DNA of 32,000 nucleotides from Endozoicomonas sp. Mp262 (GTDB lineage Bacteria; Pseudomonadota; Gammaproteobacteria; Pseudomonadales; Endozoicomonadaceae): NCBI RefSeq assembly GCF_025643335.1, contig NZ_CP092489.1, positions 4,934,581 to 4,966,580 of the forward strand, read 5' to 3'. Shown piece by piece: positions 29,895 to 32,000 of this stretch (position 1 is its first letter; each line of letters starts with the position of its first letter). The notes under the pieces were generated by a model. It saw only the letters and a program-made list of their open reading frames with translations, ran no database searches and was not told where the DNA came from. The position numbers and the translations under genes were made by a program.

Positions 29895-31900
29895 GCCTTT
29901 CCTCCTGTTAATTCAGGCTTGATCCACTGTGCCGTTGAATCCGGTGCAGCTGCCATCAAAGGACTGCGTAACCGGGTTCGGTATCTCCGGTCAGCAACGG
30001 CAATGGCACCTCCCAGGGCCATCAATAAGGCACCCAGCCAGATCCAGCGCACAAAAGGCTTGATATAAATTCTGAGCGCCCAGCTGCCCTGATCATCCAG
30101 CGCCTCACCCAGGGCAACATAAATATCCCGGGTCAGCCCCGGATCAATAGCGGCTTCCGTCATGGGCATACCCTGTACCTGAAACAGCCTTTTTTCCGGA
30201 TGCAAAACAGAAACCAGTCGCTCACCTCGATGCACAGTAACCGTGCCAAATTCAGAGATATAATTAGGACCAACCTGTCGTTCAACACCCTTAAACTGAA
30301 ACTGATAGTCTCCCAGGGAAACCCGGTCACCAGGTGTCATTCTCAGGTCTTTTTGCAGGCTATACCCTGAGCTGACAGCAACCCCAATGATCATGACCGC
30401 AAGCCCAAAGTGAGCCAGATGCATGCCGTAATAAGCAGGTTTTAATCGTCTGAGTCCGGTGCAAAAACCTTGATGACGGGTCTTATTCAACAAATCCCTG
30501 ATAATGGCTAATACAATCCAGGCAACCAGGGCTATGGCCAGCCATTCACTGATAATAAAATGCTTCCCATAAAACAGGCTAAACAGAAAACCGGCCATCA
30601 AACTGGCAAGAAAAAGCCACCGGGTCTGTGCCAATAGCCATGAGAGAGAGCTACTTTTCCAGTTCAGCAAAACCCCCACCCCCAGAGTAAAGGCCAATAA
30701 CATCGCCATAGGTACAAACAGGCTGTTGAAATAGGGAGGTCCCACTGAAACCATGCCCATATCCAGGGATTCCAGCAAAAGGGGAAATAACGTACCCAGC
30801 AAGACAGTGGCAGCACTCACCGTCAGTAGCACATTATTCACTAACAAAAGGGTTTCCCGTGACAGCCAGGAAAATTTAATCCGGCTGTTAACTTCAGGTG
30901 CCCTGATGGCAAACAAGGTTAATGAGCACCCCACAACAACCAGCAAATAAATTAAGATAAAGATCCCACGTTCCGGATCATTGGCAAAGGCATGGACAGA
31001 GGTCAAGACACCGGAGCGCACCAGGAAGGTTCCCAACAAACTGAGAGAAAAAGTAAAAATAGCCAGCAACAGGGTCCAGCTTTTAAACAGTCCCCGCTTT
31101 TCTGTCACAGCCAGCGAGTGCATCAAGGCCGTTCCCACCAGCCAGGGAATAAGAGAGGCATTTTCCACCGGGTCCCAGAACCACCAGCCTCCCCAGCCTA
31201 ATTCGTAATAAGCCCACCAGCTCCCCAAGGCAATTCCCAATGTCAGAAAACACCAGGCAACGGTGGTCCAGGGACGAACCCATCGTGCCCAGGCACTATC
31301 CAGCTGTCCCCCCAGTAAAGCGGCTATGGCAAAGGCAAAGGCAACCGCAAAACCAACATACCCCATATACAACATGGGAGGGTGCACAATCAGGCCAAAA
31401 TCCTGTAGCAGCGGATTCAAATCGGCCCCATCCGCCGGTGGAAATGGCAAAATTCTTGCGAATGGGTTAGAGGTCAGCAGCATAAATAGCAGGAAGCCAA
31501 TGGATACCATTGCCATAACTGAAAGCACCCTTGCAGCAAGCTCCAAGGGTAAACGACGACTCTTTAGCGCCACCACAGCCATCCAGCCGGTGAGGGTTAA
31601 CACCCAGAGCAAGAGAGAACCTTCATGACCTCCCCAGGTAGCACTGACTTTATACTGAGTAGGCAACAGACTATTGGAATGCCGGGCCACATAGTCCACC
31701 GAGAAATCATCCGTCAAAAATGACCAGACCAGACAAAGAAAGGCAAACAAAACAAACAGGCATTGACCATAGGCCAGAGGCCTCGCCTGCTGCATCCAGC
31801 GGCGATTACCGGTATAGCTTCCTGCCAGGGGGATCACTGACAACACCAGTGAAAGACACAGGGCCAGTATCAAGGCCAATAAGCCAAGTTCAGGAACCAT
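29891..31900 (-). CDS. ccmF: Heme lyase CcmF
   Basis: SATWGGHEGSLLLWVLTLTGWM, WWFWDPVENASLIPWLVGTALMHS, FSLSLLGTFLVRSGVLTSVHAFANDPERG. Confidence 0.98.
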   Translation of the reverse strand: MVPELGLLALILALCLSLVLSVIPLAGSYTGNRRWMQQARPLAYGQCLFVLFAFLCLVWSFLTDDFSVDYVARHSNSLLPTQYKVSATWGGHEGSLLLWVLTLTGWMAVVALKSRRLPLELAARVLSVMAMVSIGFLLFMLLTSNPFARILPFPPADGADLNPLLQDFGLIVHPPMLYMGYVGFAVAFAFAIAALLGGQLDSAWARWVRPWTTVAWCFLTLGIALGSWWAYYELGWGGWWFWDPVENASLIPWLVGTALMHSLAVTEKRGLFKSWTLLLAIFTFSLSLLGTFLVRSGVLTSVHAFANDPERGIFILIYLLVVVGCSLTLFAIRAPEVNSRIKFSWLSRETLLLVNNVLLTVSAATVLLGTLFPLLLESLDMGMVSVGPPYFNSLFVPMAMLLAFTLGVGVLLNWKSSSLSWLLAQTRWLFLASLMAGFLFSLFYGKHFIISEWLAIALVAWIVLAIIRDLLNKTRHQGFCTGLRRLKPAYYGMHLAHFGLAVMIIGVAVSSGYSLQKDLRMTPGDRVSLGDYQFQFKGVERQVGPNYISEFGTVTVHRGERLVSVLHPEKRLFQVQGMPMTEAAIDPGLTRDIYVALGEALDDQGSWALRIYIKPFVRWIWLGALLMALGGAIAVADRRYRTRLRSPLMAAAPDSTAQWIKPELTGGKA

Positions 31901-32000
31901 AACCTACCCCTCCGGCAGCCTTACCCTTGGGGTGGACTTCATCAATGGCCTTCTGCACTTCTGGCGGCATATAGTTTTCATCATGCTTGGCCAACACTTC
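31890..32000 (-). CDS. ccmE: Cytochrome c maturation protein CcmE, C-terminal fragment (runs off window)
   Basis: Reverse strand EVLAKHDENYMPPEVQKAIDEVHPKGKAAGGVGYGS*. EVLAKHDENYxPPEV is diagnostic. Overlaps the ccmF start. Confidence 0.9.
   Translation of the reverse strand, partial: EVLAKHDENYMPPEVQKAIDEVHPKGKAAGGVGYGS

Overview
This window is a gammaproteobacterial chromosome segment. Gene content and eukaryote-like proteins suggest an Endozoicomonadaceae-type host-associated bacterium, but that assignment is an inference. Housekeeping blocks: thrS-infC-rpmI-rplT (minus strand, infC starting at a non-canonical ATC), mnmH/selU, a patB/malY-type aminotransferase, trmO-yheU, smc-zipA-ligA, and a cytochrome c maturation block ccmE(partial)-ccmF-ccmG-ccmH-ccmI. 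Lineage-specific genes lie between these blocks. (1) A Sec-signal protein at 228..1544 has a degenerate BIR-like domain and a C-terminal RING with an IAP-type tail, i.e. a bacterial inhibitor-of-apoptosis mimic candidate. (2) Two adjacent paralogous effector-like proteins are at 24328..27565. The first has gained a tail with an 11-proline run, one good and two weak WH2-like actin-binding motifs, a (DK)5 run and an acidic C-terminus, which makes it an actin-nucleator-like candidate. (3) Two large secreted orphan proteins, one ending in clustered basic NLS-like motifs. (4) A tandem pair of transglycosylase-like proteins. (5) A long MipA/OmpV-like barrel protein. Non-coding structure includes a ~309 bp MITE-like element with ~34 bp terminal inverted repeats whose 24-bp end recurs exactly as a solo copy at 23832..23855, a terminator-like hairpin between infC and rpmI, and several strong hairpins between convergent genes. 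I saw no CRISPR array, rRNA, tRNA or recognisable defence system.
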